From Candidatus Bipolaricaulia bacterium (lineage in GTDB: Bacteria > Bipolaricaulota > Bipolaricaulia > RBG-16-55-9), in NCBI GenBank assembly GCA_042219045.1, contig JBDGQO010000101.1, positions 1,202 through 23,123 of the forward strand: a DNA stretch of 21,922 bases, given 5' to 3'. The position numbers were made by a program, and so were the translations under genes. The notes below the pieces were generated by a model. It did no database searches. It was given only the letters and a program-made list of their open reading frames with translations, and was not told where the DNA came from. Shown piece by piece: positions 14,447 through 21,922 of the stretch (its first letter is position 1; each line of letters begins with the position of its first letter).

Positions 14447-15930
14447 CAGGCCGCTCCTCGCCAGTTCCCCAGGCGTTGCCAGGGGGAGTACGGGTCGCCG
14501 TCTCGGGCGCCCGCCTCGGTCGTCGTCCGCTCGGCCGAGCGGCGTTCGGCCAGCGCCGCCGCCAGGAGCAATTCGGGGGGCAGCTTGCGCTCCGCCCGCT
14601 CCATCGACTCGACGGTGTGCGTGTACGTCGCCGCGTCGGCGTAAGCCTCGCTCGCCAGCAGCTCCATCAAATAGGCCCGATTGGTGACGACGCCGAGCAG
14701 GACGGTCTCCTCCAGGCTCTGCCGGAGCCGCCGTCGGGCCCGCTCGCGATCGGGGCCATGGGCGATCAGCTTGGCGAGCATGGGATCGTAGTGCGCGTGG
14801 ACCGATTGGCCCGCGACGACGCCGGTGTCGATCCGCAGGCCGGGCCGCTCGGGCCACCGGAGCTCGAGCAGCTCGCCCGTCTGGGGCAGAAATTGGTTGT
14901 CGGGATCTTCGGCGTAGAGCCGGGCCTCGATGGCGTGGCCGCGTATGGCGACGTCTGGCTGATCGAGGGGCAAAGCCGCGCCGTCGGCGACCTGCAGCTG
15001 GAGCTGGACGAGGTCGTGGCCCGTCACCAGTTCGGTGACGGGATGTTCGACTTGGAGCCGCGCGTTGACTTCCAAAAAATAGAACGATCCGTCGGGTCCC
15101 AAGAGGAATTCGACGGTGCCGGCGTTGTGATACCCGGACGCCTCAGCCAGAGCTCGGGCGGACGCCTGCAAGCGCTCGCGCAGATCGCTATCCACAGCGG
15201 GGGAGGGCGCTTCCTCGATGATCTTTTGATGGCGGCGCTGCAGGCTGCACTCGCGCTCGCCGAGCGCCACGACGCGACCCGCGTGGTCGCCGACGATCTG
15301 GACCTCCACGTGGCGCGCGGGATGAACAGCTTTTTCCACGAACAGCCGCCCGTCCCCGAAGGCGCCCTGGGCCTCGCGCTGGGCCGAGGGGATCACCTCG
15401 GCCAGTTCGGACTCGTCGCCAATGAGGCGCATCCCCTTGCCGCCGCCGCCCGCCGCGGCTTTGAGCAACACGGGCAGGCCGATCTCGCGGGCCGCCGCTT
15501 CCAAATCCGATGGGGCCTCCAACGCCTGCGTGCCGGGCACGACGGGAACGCCGCTCTCCTGAGCCAAGCGACGGGCTCGGGATTTATCGCCGAGCGCCCG
15601 CATGGCCTCGGGCGGCGGGCCGATGAACGTCAACCCGGCGGTCCGGACGGCCTCGGCGAAGTCGGGGTTTTCCGAGAGGAAGCCATAGCCCGGGTGGACC
15701 GCGTCGGCGTCGCACTCTCGAGCGACGTCGAGCAGCTTGTCAACGTCCAGATAGCTCTCGGAAGCGGCCGGCGGGCCGATCTCCACGGCGACGTCGGCGG
15801 CCCACGTATGGGGTGCGCCCCGGTCGGCTTCGGAGTAGACCGCCACCGTCCGGATGTCGAGCTCACGGCACGCACGGATGATTCGCAGCGCGATCTCACC
15901 GCGGTTGGCGACGAGCAGCGTCTCAATCAT
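14446..15930 (-). CDS. Biotin carboxylase subunit (methylcrotonyl-CoA carboxylase alpha-like)
   Basis: LVANRGEIA, HPGYGFLSEN, KAAAGGGGKGMR, ERECSLQRRHQK, EVNARLQVEHPVTE, YDPMLAKLI. Confidence 0.95.
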   Translation of the reverse strand: MIETLLVANRGEIALRIIRACRELDIRTVAVYSEADRGAPHTWAADVAVEIGPPAASESYLDVDKLLDVARECDADAVHPGYGFLSENPDFAEAVRTAGLTFIGPPPEAMRALGDKSRARRLAQESGVPVVPGTQALEAPSDLEAAAREIGLPVLLKAAAGGGGKGMRLIGDESELAEVIPSAQREAQGAFGDGRLFVEKAVHPARHVEVQIVGDHAGRVVALGERECSLQRRHQKIIEEAPSPAVDSDLRERLQASARALAEASGYHNAGTVEFLLGPDGSFYFLEVNARLQVEHPVTELVTGHDLVQLQLQVADGAALPLDQPDVAIRGHAIEARLYAEDPDNQFLPQTGELLELRWPERPGLRIDTGVVAGQSVHAHYDPMLAKLIAHGPDRERARRRLRQSLEETVLLGVVTNRAYLMELLASEAYADAATYTHTVESMERAERKLPPELLLAAALAERRSAERTTTEAGARDGDPYSPWQRLGNWRGAA

Positions 15931-16723
15931 CGTCATCATCCGTGATGGCCCAGCTCGGCGTTCGCTTTTCCAGGAACGCGCGGACGCCCTCTTGGCCCTC
16001 TTCGGAGGTGCGCAACTGGGCGATCTGGCCGGCGCTGTCCTCCAACGCTTCCTCGAACGGCATCTCGGCCATGCGGTGGATGTGGGCCTTGGCCTCGCGG
16101 ACGGCGTTCGGCCCGTTTTTCAAAAAGCGATTTGTGAATGACTTGACGTGCTCATCCAGCTCAGCTTCGTCGCAGACCTCATGGACGAGACCCAAGCGTT
16201 GGGCATCCGCCGCCGAGAAGACCTCGGCGCTTAGAAAGTAACGTCGGGCTTGGGCGAGCCCGACCTTGCGCAGCGCGAACGGGGCAATGACCGCCGGCGC
16301 CAAGCCGAGCCGCGTCTCGCTGAAGGAAAATGTTGCATCGTCATCCGCCACGACGACGTCACAGACGCAGACCAGACCGAGGCCGCCGCCGAACGCAGCC
16401 TTCTGGACGCGGCCGATCACGGGGAACGGGGCTTCGTCGACCGTGCGGAACATCGCGGCCATGCGCCGCGCGCCCTCGCGGTTGGCCGCCTCGGATTGAT
16501 CGATGGAGTCGCGCATCCAATTGAGATCGGCCCCCGCGCAGAACGCCTTGCCCGCGCCGCCGATCACGACCGCGCGCAGCTCGCTATCCCCGCTCAGTTC
16601 CCGGAAGCACTCGGTCAATTCGTCGATCAGTTCGGCGTTGAACGCGTTGCGCACGTCGGGGCGATTCAGCGTCACAAACGCCACGGGGCCGTCTTGGTCC
16701 AGCTTGAGCTGTTGATAGGCCAT
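15923..16723 (-). CDS. Enoyl-CoA hydratase family protein, probably methylglutaconyl-CoA hydratase (LiuC-like)
   Basis: LNRPDVRNAFN, FCAGADL.WM, AFGGG.GLV..CD, FSETRLGL.PA.I; operon context with the carboxylase and HMG-CoA lyase. Confidence 0.92.
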   Translation of the reverse strand: MAYQQLKLDQDGPVAFVTLNRPDVRNAFNAELIDELTECFRELSGDSELRAVVIGGAGKAFCAGADLNWMRDSIDQSEAANREGARRMAAMFRTVDEAPFPVIGRVQKAAFGGGLGLVCVCDVVVADDDATFSFSETRLGLAPAVIAPFALRKVGLAQARRYFLSAEVFSAADAQRLGLVHEVCDEAELDEHVKSFTNRFLKNGPNAVREAKAHIHRMAEMPFEEALEDSAGQIAQLRTSEEGQEGVRAFLEKRTPSWAITDDDDD

Positions 16724-16842
16724 ATCGGAACACGGGTGGCATGATACTGATGGCGCGCCTGGGGGCCAACCGTCGCGCGAGTCTCGGTCCGAGGCGCTTG
16801 GCGAGCGGCGGCCGATCCTCAATAATGGGCACAGGAGACACC

Positions 16843-17550
16843 ATGGATGATGGGGCGTTCCACGTCGGCTTGATTCCCGACGGCAATCGGCGCTGGGCTG
16901 CCCAAGCCGGGATGTCTCGACGAGAGGGCCACGAACACGGCGCCGAGACGGTCGAGGCGGTCCTGGAGTGGGCGTATGATCAGCCCGAGATCGACGAGTT
17001 CAGCGTGTATGGCCTCTCCGAGGAGAACTTCAAGCGCAGCGGCGAGGAGCTCGACTGGCTCTTCCAGATTTATCAACGCAAGCTTGCCGACTTGCTGGCG
17101 AATCCGAAGGTAGCCGAAAGGGACGTCCGCATCCGGATTGTGTCCACATGCCCCGATCGTTGGCCGCGCGAGATCCGCCGATTGGTGGCGCAAGTCCACG
17201 AGCAAAGCGCCCGTCGCCGGGGGAAGCGCTTGAACGTTCTGCTCGGCTACACGGGCCAGTCCGAGCTCCGCCAAGCCGTGGCCAAGCCCCGGAATCGCCT
17301 CAAAAACCTGACCGGCCGTCTGACTGATCGCGACATCGAGCGCGAGTTACTCGTACCGAGGGCGTGCGATCTGGTCATCCGAACGGGCTATGAGGAAGCG
17401 CCCCGCGAAGCCAAGAGCGGGTTTCTGCTGTGGCAGTCCGCTTACGCCGAGTTCCAGCACGTGCCCAAGCACTTCCCCGACCTGACGCGAGATGACTTGG
17501 ACGCCTGCTGGGAGCGCTTCCGACAGCAGCAGCGCCGGCTGGGGACCTGA
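16843..17550 (+). CDS. uppS: cis-prenyltransferase (undecaprenyl diphosphate synthase family), divergent
   Basis: HVGLIPDGNRRWA, GH..G, VYGLS.ENFKRS..E, GYTG..E, DLVIRT, SGFLLWQSAYAE, C-terminal RRLG; AGGAG RBS before ATG 16843. Confidence 0.88.
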   Translation: MDDGAFHVGLIPDGNRRWAAQAGMSRREGHEHGAETVEAVLEWAYDQPEIDEFSVYGLSEENFKRSGEELDWLFQIYQRKLADLLANPKVAERDVRIRIVSTCPDRWPREIRRLVAQVHEQSARRRGKRLNVLLGYTGQSELRQAVAKPRNRLKNLTGRLTDRDIERELLVPRACDLVIRTGYEEAPREAKSGFLLWQSAYAEFQHVPKHFPDLTRDDLDACWERFRQQQRRLGT

Positions 17551-17578
17551 CGGCCCGCTGCCTGTGTCCCCCTTTGAC

Positions 17579-17604
17579 GGTTCCACTCGCAACGATGTGG
17601 AACC
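17579..17604. terminator. Hairpin between convergent uppS and ACT genes
   Basis: GGTTCCAC...GTGGAACC 8-bp stem with an inner TCG/CGA extension; no U-tract. Confidence 0.4.
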
Positions 17605-17697
17605 AGCGCTGCCTCAACGAGCCCCGCGTGACGACGGGCTGAACGTGGCCTCGAATAGCGGCTAAGAGAACCCCACGCCGGAGTCGGTGCCAACGCC

Positions 17698-18078
17698 CTA
17701 GTCGGTGCTTAGCGTTCGTCGGGCCTTGTCCAGGTCACTGACGGTCAAGCCGAGTTCAACTTCCTCGCCGGCCCTCGTCAACAGATAGACCGAATCAATG
17801 TTGACCCCCGCGTCGCCTAGAGTCCGGGACACCTCCTGCAGCTGCCCAGGCTTGTCTTCAAGGGTGACCGTCAAAAGGTCGGTCTCCTTGAACTGGAATC
17901 CCAGCTCGTTCAGGGCCTGTCTGGCTAGGTCCTCCCGATCGGGCACGATGGCCACCGCGGTGCCGATGGCATCCACGCCGGCAATCGAGCGGAGGTTGAC
18001 GCCCTTTTCGGCCAGCATTTCCGTTGTTTGGGCCAACGTCCCCGGTTTATTCGGTATCTGGACGCGAAACTCCTTCAT
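17698..18078 (-). CDS. Tandem ACT-domain protein
   Basis: Two ACT starts (PNKPGTLA...LAEKGVNL and EDKPGQL......LGDAGVNI); AAGGAGG RBS. Confidence 0.9.
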   Translation of the reverse strand: MKEFRVQIPNKPGTLAQTTEMLAEKGVNLRSIAGVDAIGTAVAIVPDREDLARQALNELGFQFKETDLLTVTLEDKPGQLQEVSRTLGDAGVNIDSVYLLTRAGEEVELGLTVSDLDKARRTLSTD

Positions 18079-18259
18079 GCCGATCTGCCTCCTTTCCCAT
18101 CGTTCAACGGAAACCTAGCGCGTTTCCGAGTCAACTGGCAAACCGAGCAGTTGCTCGAACTGCGAACAACCCCAGCCAAAATCTCAATGGGCTGGGCCCT
18201 CATGAGCTGCGCCGACACCTCACGAGCGGTCTGAGAAAGCGGAGAGGGAAGGAGAGGTT

Positions 18260-18335
18260 TGGCGTCCCCAAGGGGATTCGAACCCCTGTCGCCGGATTGA
18301 AAGCCCGGAGTCCTAGGCCGCTAGACGATGGGGAC
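18260..18335 (-). tRNA. tRNA-Glu (anticodon UUC), 76 nt, CCA encoded
   Basis: GTCCCCA/TGGGGAC acceptor stem, anticodon loop CTTTCAA, AGGGG-TTCGAAT-CCCCT T-arm, GCCA end. Confidence 0.97.
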
Positions 18336-18348
18336 GCAATTGATCCAT

Positions 18349-18377
18349 ATTGTAGGCCCTAATCTGGCCGCCTTCAA
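18349..18377 (-). promoter_or_regulatory. sigma70 promoter of tRNA-Glu
   Basis: TTGAAG-17 nt-TACAAT, 13 nt upstream of the tRNA. Confidence 0.75.
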
Positions 18378-18406
18378 GCGAGAAATCGTCGGATCGCGGC
18401 GGGAGA

Positions 18407-19573
18407 CTACAGGCCGGCGGCGGCCTTGAGCGCTTCGGCTTGGTCGGTCCGCTCCCAGGGCGGGTCGAGCTCGGTCCGCCCGAAGTGGCCATAGGCAGCA
18501 AGCGGCGTGTAGATCGGTCGCTGCAGGTCCAGGTTGTCAATGATGGCCGCCGGTCGGAGGTCGAAGTGTTCGCGCAGCAGCTGGACGATGTCGTCATCGG
18601 GAAGCGCACCGGTGCCGTACGAATCCACCGTCACGGCCACAGGGGCTGCTTGGCCGATGGCGTAGGCGATCTGAATCTCGCACTCCGATGCCAACGCCGC
18701 CGCCACCACGTTGACGGCCAAGTACCGGGCCATGTACGACGCCGACCGATCGACTTTGGTCGGGTCTTTGCCGGAGAACGCCCCGCCGCCATGGCTGCCG
18801 TAGCCGCCGTAGGTGTCGACTTGGGTCTTGCGACCCGTCATGCCCGTGTCGCCCGGCGGACCCCCAATGACGAAGCGTCCCGACGGATTGATCAGCGCGT
18901 GCGTGCGCTCGTCCATCCACGTCCCGACGACGGGCTCAACGACGTGCTCGATCAGGTCGTCGTTCAGCTGGTCGATCGTCACGTCGGGATCGTGCTGGGC
19001 GGAGATGACGACGGTGTCGACGCGGGTGGGATAACGGTTCTCGTACTCCACCGTGACTTGCGACTTGCCGTCGGGGCGCAAGTAGGGCAGCGTCCCGTCC
19101 TTGCGGAGTCGGGCGAGGCGCTGCACGAGCCGATGGGAGATGTAGACGGGCAACGGCATGAGCGCGTCGGTCTCCCGACAGGCGTAGCCGTACATGATCC
19201 CCTGATCGCCGGCGCCGAACGCTTCGTACGGGTCCTCGTCTTGGGGTTTCTCCACGGCCTGGGCGATGTCGGACGACTGTTCGTGAATGGCCGTCAGCAC
19301 CGAGCATTGGTCATGGGCGAAGCCGTACTCGGGCCGCGCGTATCCGGCCTCTTGGATGGCGTTGCGGGCCAGCTCGGAGTAGTCGAGGTTCGCCCGCGTG
19401 GTGATCTCCCCGCCGACGAGCACCAGTCCCGTTGTCGTGAACGCCTCACAGGCAACCCGGGCGTCGGGATCGTCATCGATGATGGCGTCGAGGATGGTGT
19501 CCGAGATGCGATCGCAGAGCTTGTCGGGGTGGCCTTCGGTGACGGACTCGGAGGTGAACACGTGCCGTGCCAT
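18407..19573 (-). CDS. metK: S-adenosylmethionine synthetase
   Basis: [50 protein letters not shown]. Confidence 0.98.
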   Translation of the reverse strand: MARHVFTSESVTEGHPDKLCDRISDTILDAIIDDDPDARVACEAFTTTGLVLVGGEITTRANLDYSELARNAIQEAGYARPEYGFAHDQCSVLTAIHEQSSDIAQAVEKPQDEDPYEAFGAGDQGIMYGYACRETDALMPLPVYISHRLVQRLARLRKDGTLPYLRPDGKSQVTVEYENRYPTRVDTVVISAQHDPDVTIDQLNDDLIEHVVEPVVGTWMDERTHALINPSGRFVIGGPPGDTGMTGRKTQVDTYGGYGSHGGGAFSGKDPTKVDRSASYMARYLAVNVVAAALASECEIQIAYAIGQAAPVAVTVDSYGTGALPDDDIVQLLREHFDLRPAAIIDNLDLQRPIYTPLAAYGHFGRTELDPPWERTDQAEALKAAAGL

Positions 19574-19581
19574 GACGCGCG

Positions 19582-19610
19582 ATTATAGGCGTCGATCGGT
19601 GGGATCTCAA
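19582..19610 (-). promoter_or_regulatory. sigma70 promoter of metK (probably leaderless)
   Basis: TTGAGA-17 nt-TATAAT-8 nt-ATG; no Shine-Dalgarno. Confidence 0.8.
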
Positions 19611-19671
19611 GATGAGCCGTTCGGTTTCGCCCCGATACTGCGGCGTATACAATCGTCTGAGGAGTGATCCC

Positions 19672-20727
19672 ATGGACACGACCGATCTGTTGCAGACGCT
19701 GTCCGACGCGTTCGGCCCGCCCGGCTTCGAGGACGACGTGCGCGCGGCATTGCGCGAGGTCGTCGAGCCGCTCGTCGACGACGTGCGCGTGGATCCGCTC
19801 GGCAACCTCATCGCTACCCGTCACGGCCGGAGCGAGCGGACGCTCATGCTTGATGCGCACATGGACGAGGTGGGCCTCATGGTCAGCTACGTCGAGGAGA
19901 CGGGATTTCTGAGGTTCGCCACGCTCGGCGGCTGGGACGCGCGCGTGATCCCCTCGCACGGCGTGTCGATCAAAGCTGACACTGGGGACCACGTCCATGG
20001 CGTCGTCGGCACCCCGCCGCCCCACATCCTGAAAGCGGAGGACCGCAAGAAGCCGTTCGAGCTGGACGAACTCTTCATCGACGTGGGGGCGAGGTCACGT
20101 GATGACGCCCACCGGATGGGCATTCACAAGGGCTCTCCCGCCGTGGTCCATTACCCATTCCGGACGATGAACCATCCCTTCGTGACGGGCAAGGCGTTGG
20201 ACGATCGGGCTGGGTGTACTGTCCTGGTTCAGACGCTCGACGCGCTCCAAAACGCGGATCTCGACGTCACGCTCGTGGCCAACTTCGCCGTCTTCGAGGA
20301 GGTCGGGTTGCGCGGGGCGCGAACGGCCGCGTTCGCCATTGAGCCCGATGTCGCGCTGGCGCTGGAAGGCACGGTGGCGGCGGATGTGCCGGGCATTGAC
20401 GACGCGCGGGTGCCGACAAAGCTCGGTCAAGGCCCCGCTCTGACCGTCGCCGACCGTTCGCTTATTGCCAGCCCTCGGCTGCTCCGGTTGATCCAGGACG
20501 TGGCAACGGATGATGGGATCCCCTGTCAGCTGAAGACACCGCCTTCGGGCAGCACCGATGCAGGGGCGATTCAGCAGAGCCGCGGCGGCGTCTTGGCCGG
20601 CGTGGTCTCGGTCCCTTGTCGGTATATCCATTCGCCGTTCAGCATTCTAGACCTCGACGACCTGGACAACGCCGCGCAATTGACGTCCGCATTCGCCCGG
20701 CGCGCGCATGAGCTGGTTGAGGCGTGA
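19672..20727 (+). CDS. M42-family (TET-like) aminopeptidase
   Basis: AHMDEVG, LGGWD, GKALDDRAG, EEVGLRGA, TDAG, PCRYIHSP; GAGGAG RBS before ATG 19672. Confidence 0.95.
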   Translation: MDTTDLLQTLSDAFGPPGFEDDVRAALREVVEPLVDDVRVDPLGNLIATRHGRSERTLMLDAHMDEVGLMVSYVEETGFLRFATLGGWDARVIPSHGVSIKADTGDHVHGVVGTPPPHILKAEDRKKPFELDELFIDVGARSRDDAHRMGIHKGSPAVVHYPFRTMNHPFVTGKALDDRAGCTVLVQTLDALQNADLDVTLVANFAVFEEVGLRGARTAAFAIEPDVALALEGTVAADVPGIDDARVPTKLGQGPALTVADRSLIASPRLLRLIQDVATDDGIPCQLKTPPSGSTDAGAIQQSRGGVLAGVVSVPCRYIHSPFSILDLDDLDNAAQLTSAFARRAHELVEA

Positions 20728-20760
20728 TCGATCTCCGCAAGCGTGCTATCATAAGTGCCC

Positions 20761-21327
20761 ATGGCCGAGTCCCCTGAGCGCATCGCCGACTTCCTCTTCG
20801 AGGCCGGCATGTTGGCCCGCGTCCCCCGGTCGGGGTTCGCGTACCTCGGCAGCGGCGAGCAGAGCGTCGCCGAGCACTCCCTCCGAATGAGCCAGACGGC
20901 CTTCGTCCTGGCGCAACTGGACGGCAACGTCGACGCGGGACGCCTCATGGCGATGTGCCTCTTCCACGACCTGCCCGAGACGCGGACGTCGGACCACAAC
21001 AACGTCACCAAGCGCTACAACGTTCCCGACGAATCGAGCGCGATCGCGGACCAGACGCGCGACCTTCCGTTCGGCGACCACGTGGCGAGCCTCATTGACG
21101 AGTTCGAGGCCGGCGAAACGCGCGAAGCGCAAATCGCTCGCGATGCCGACCAGTTGGAGATGATCCTGGAACTGAAGCGGCTCCAGGACATCGGCAATCC
21201 CAACGCCGCCAAGTGGATGCCCTACGTCGTGCAGCGCCTGCAGAGCGAGACGGCCCGACAGCTGGCCGCGACGATCCGCGAGCGGGACTCGGACGCTTGG
21301 TGGTGGGTCGATCAGGCCGTGCGGTGA
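20761..21327 (+). CDS. HD-domain hydrolase (HD_3, 5'-deoxynucleotidase-like)
   Basis: L.RVPRSG, SVAEHS, LFHDLPE..TSD, EFE..ET.EA...RDAD.LE. Confidence 0.88.
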   Translation: MAESPERIADFLFEAGMLARVPRSGFAYLGSGEQSVAEHSLRMSQTAFVLAQLDGNVDAGRLMAMCLFHDLPETRTSDHNNVTKRYNVPDESSAIADQTRDLPFGDHVASLIDEFEAGETREAQIARDADQLEMILELKRLQDIGNPNAAKWMPYVVQRLQSETARQLAATIRERDSDAWWWVDQAVR

Positions 21328-21338
21328 TTCAGGACGCC

Positions 21339-21922
21339 ATGGTGACCGAACGGCGCCGTGCCAAAGTGAACGAGGTGGTCGCGCAGCGTCAACGCGGCGT
21401 GATCGTCTTGGAGGACGTTGCCGACCCGCACAACGCCGCGGCCGTGCTGCGCACGAGCGAAGCGCTCGGCTTCCAGAAAGTCTGTTATGTCTTCGAGGCC
21501 AACGAGCCGTACAACCCGCGGCGGATAGGGAAAGAATCCTCAGGGTCGGCCAACAAGTGGCTCGACTTTGCCATCTATCGTTCAACGGCGGCCTGTCTGG
21601 CGGACCTGAAGGCCGCTGGCCACGAGACGATCGCGACCGTGGCCGACGGCGACGCCGAGTCGATCTTGGAAGCCGATCTGGCAACCCCCCATATCGCGCT
21701 GATGTTCGGCAATGAGCACCGCGGGCTTTCGGAGACGGCCGTCGGGATGGCCGATCGGCATTTGACGATCCCGCTGCGCGGCATGGTCCGCAGCCTCAAT
21801 CTCTCCGTGGCCGCCGCGATCTGTCTCTTCGAGATCACGCGCCAGCGGTGCCGATCGGGCCCGGATGCGTTCCGCTTGCCCGACGACGAGCGTGCCGCGC
21901 TGGCGGAGGCGTTCTTGGATCG
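21339..21922 (+). CDS. trmH: SPOUT RNA methyltransferase, TrmH-like (3' end runs off the window)
   Basis: Not in the ORF track. Manual translation: MVTERRRAKV..V...RQ....VLEDV.DPHNAAAVLRT.EA.G...SANKW...FGNEHRGLS...TIPLRGMVRSLNLSVAAA. Confidence 0.88.
   Translation, partial: MVTERRRAKVNEVVAQRQRGVIVLEDVADPHNAAAVLRTSEALGFQKVCYVFEANEPYNPRRIGKESSGSANKWLDFAIYRSTAACLADLKAAGHETIATVADGDAESILEADLATPHIALMFGNEHRGLSETAVGMADRHLTIPLRGMVRSLNLSVAAAICLFEITRQRCRSGPDAFRLPDDERAALAEAFLD

Noticed and set aside
13913..14857. N-terminal extensions in the ORF track (also 1374-1511, 6751-6888, 16724-16842, 19612-19671)
   Set aside because: They overlap neighbouring genes or promoters; downstream starts have better RBS, -10 or stop-start overlap support.
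13765..15945. Long antisense ORFs (726 aa here; also 7518-9380, 5431-6834, 2277-3440, 4068-5195, 18440-19588)
   Set aside because: Shadow ORFs opposite well-supported genes, expected in high-GC DNA, with no recognisable motifs.
17681..17708. AGTCGGTGC direct repeat resembling the end of a Cas9 tracrRNA
   Set aside because: Only 9-10 bp, one copy lies within the ACT gene end, and there is no cas context.
18095..18200. Cluster of short hairpins upstream of the ACT gene as a possible riboswitch or T-box
   Set aside because: Stems are only 6-7 bp, partly mutually exclusive, and match no motif I recognise.
17551..18260. Possible island integrated at the tRNA-Glu 3' end (ACT gene region looks slightly lower in GC)
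   Set aside because: No integrase and no duplicated tRNA 3' end found in the window.
19574..19671. SAM riboswitch upstream of metK
   Set aside because: The promoter sits 8 nt from the ATG and no S-box features are visible.

Overview
GC-rich bacterial chromosomal window that appears to contain the replication origin. About 12 DnaA boxes in two opposed arrays plus a DnaA-trio-like element lie at ~2020-2300, between dciA (DUF721) and tsaD, with no dnaA in the window. Housekeeping genes: partial hslV, GT4 glycosyltransferase, dciA, tsaD, hpt, long-form glucose-1-P thymidylyltransferase, YtcJ-like amidohydrolase, HU, an ATL(PTHRV)-endonuclease V fusion, two HD hydrolases, a partial leucine-catabolism operon, a divergent cis-prenyltransferase, an ACT protein, tRNA-Glu(UUC), metK, an M42 peptidase and partial trmH. 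The most unusual part is a convergent pair of secreted proteins at 7011-10484. One carries cohesin-like, TSP3-like and Ca-blade propeller modules; the other is a matrixin-type zinc protease. Both end in the same dockerin-like EF-hand module followed by a T9SS-CTD/FlgD-Ig-like tail, which suggests an uncharacterised surface sorting/assembly system. The large gene has a long structured 5' leader. Many genes look leaderless and the proteins look acidic. The domain style is reminiscent of Bipolaricaulota (Acetothermia), which is inference from memory only; no searches were run.
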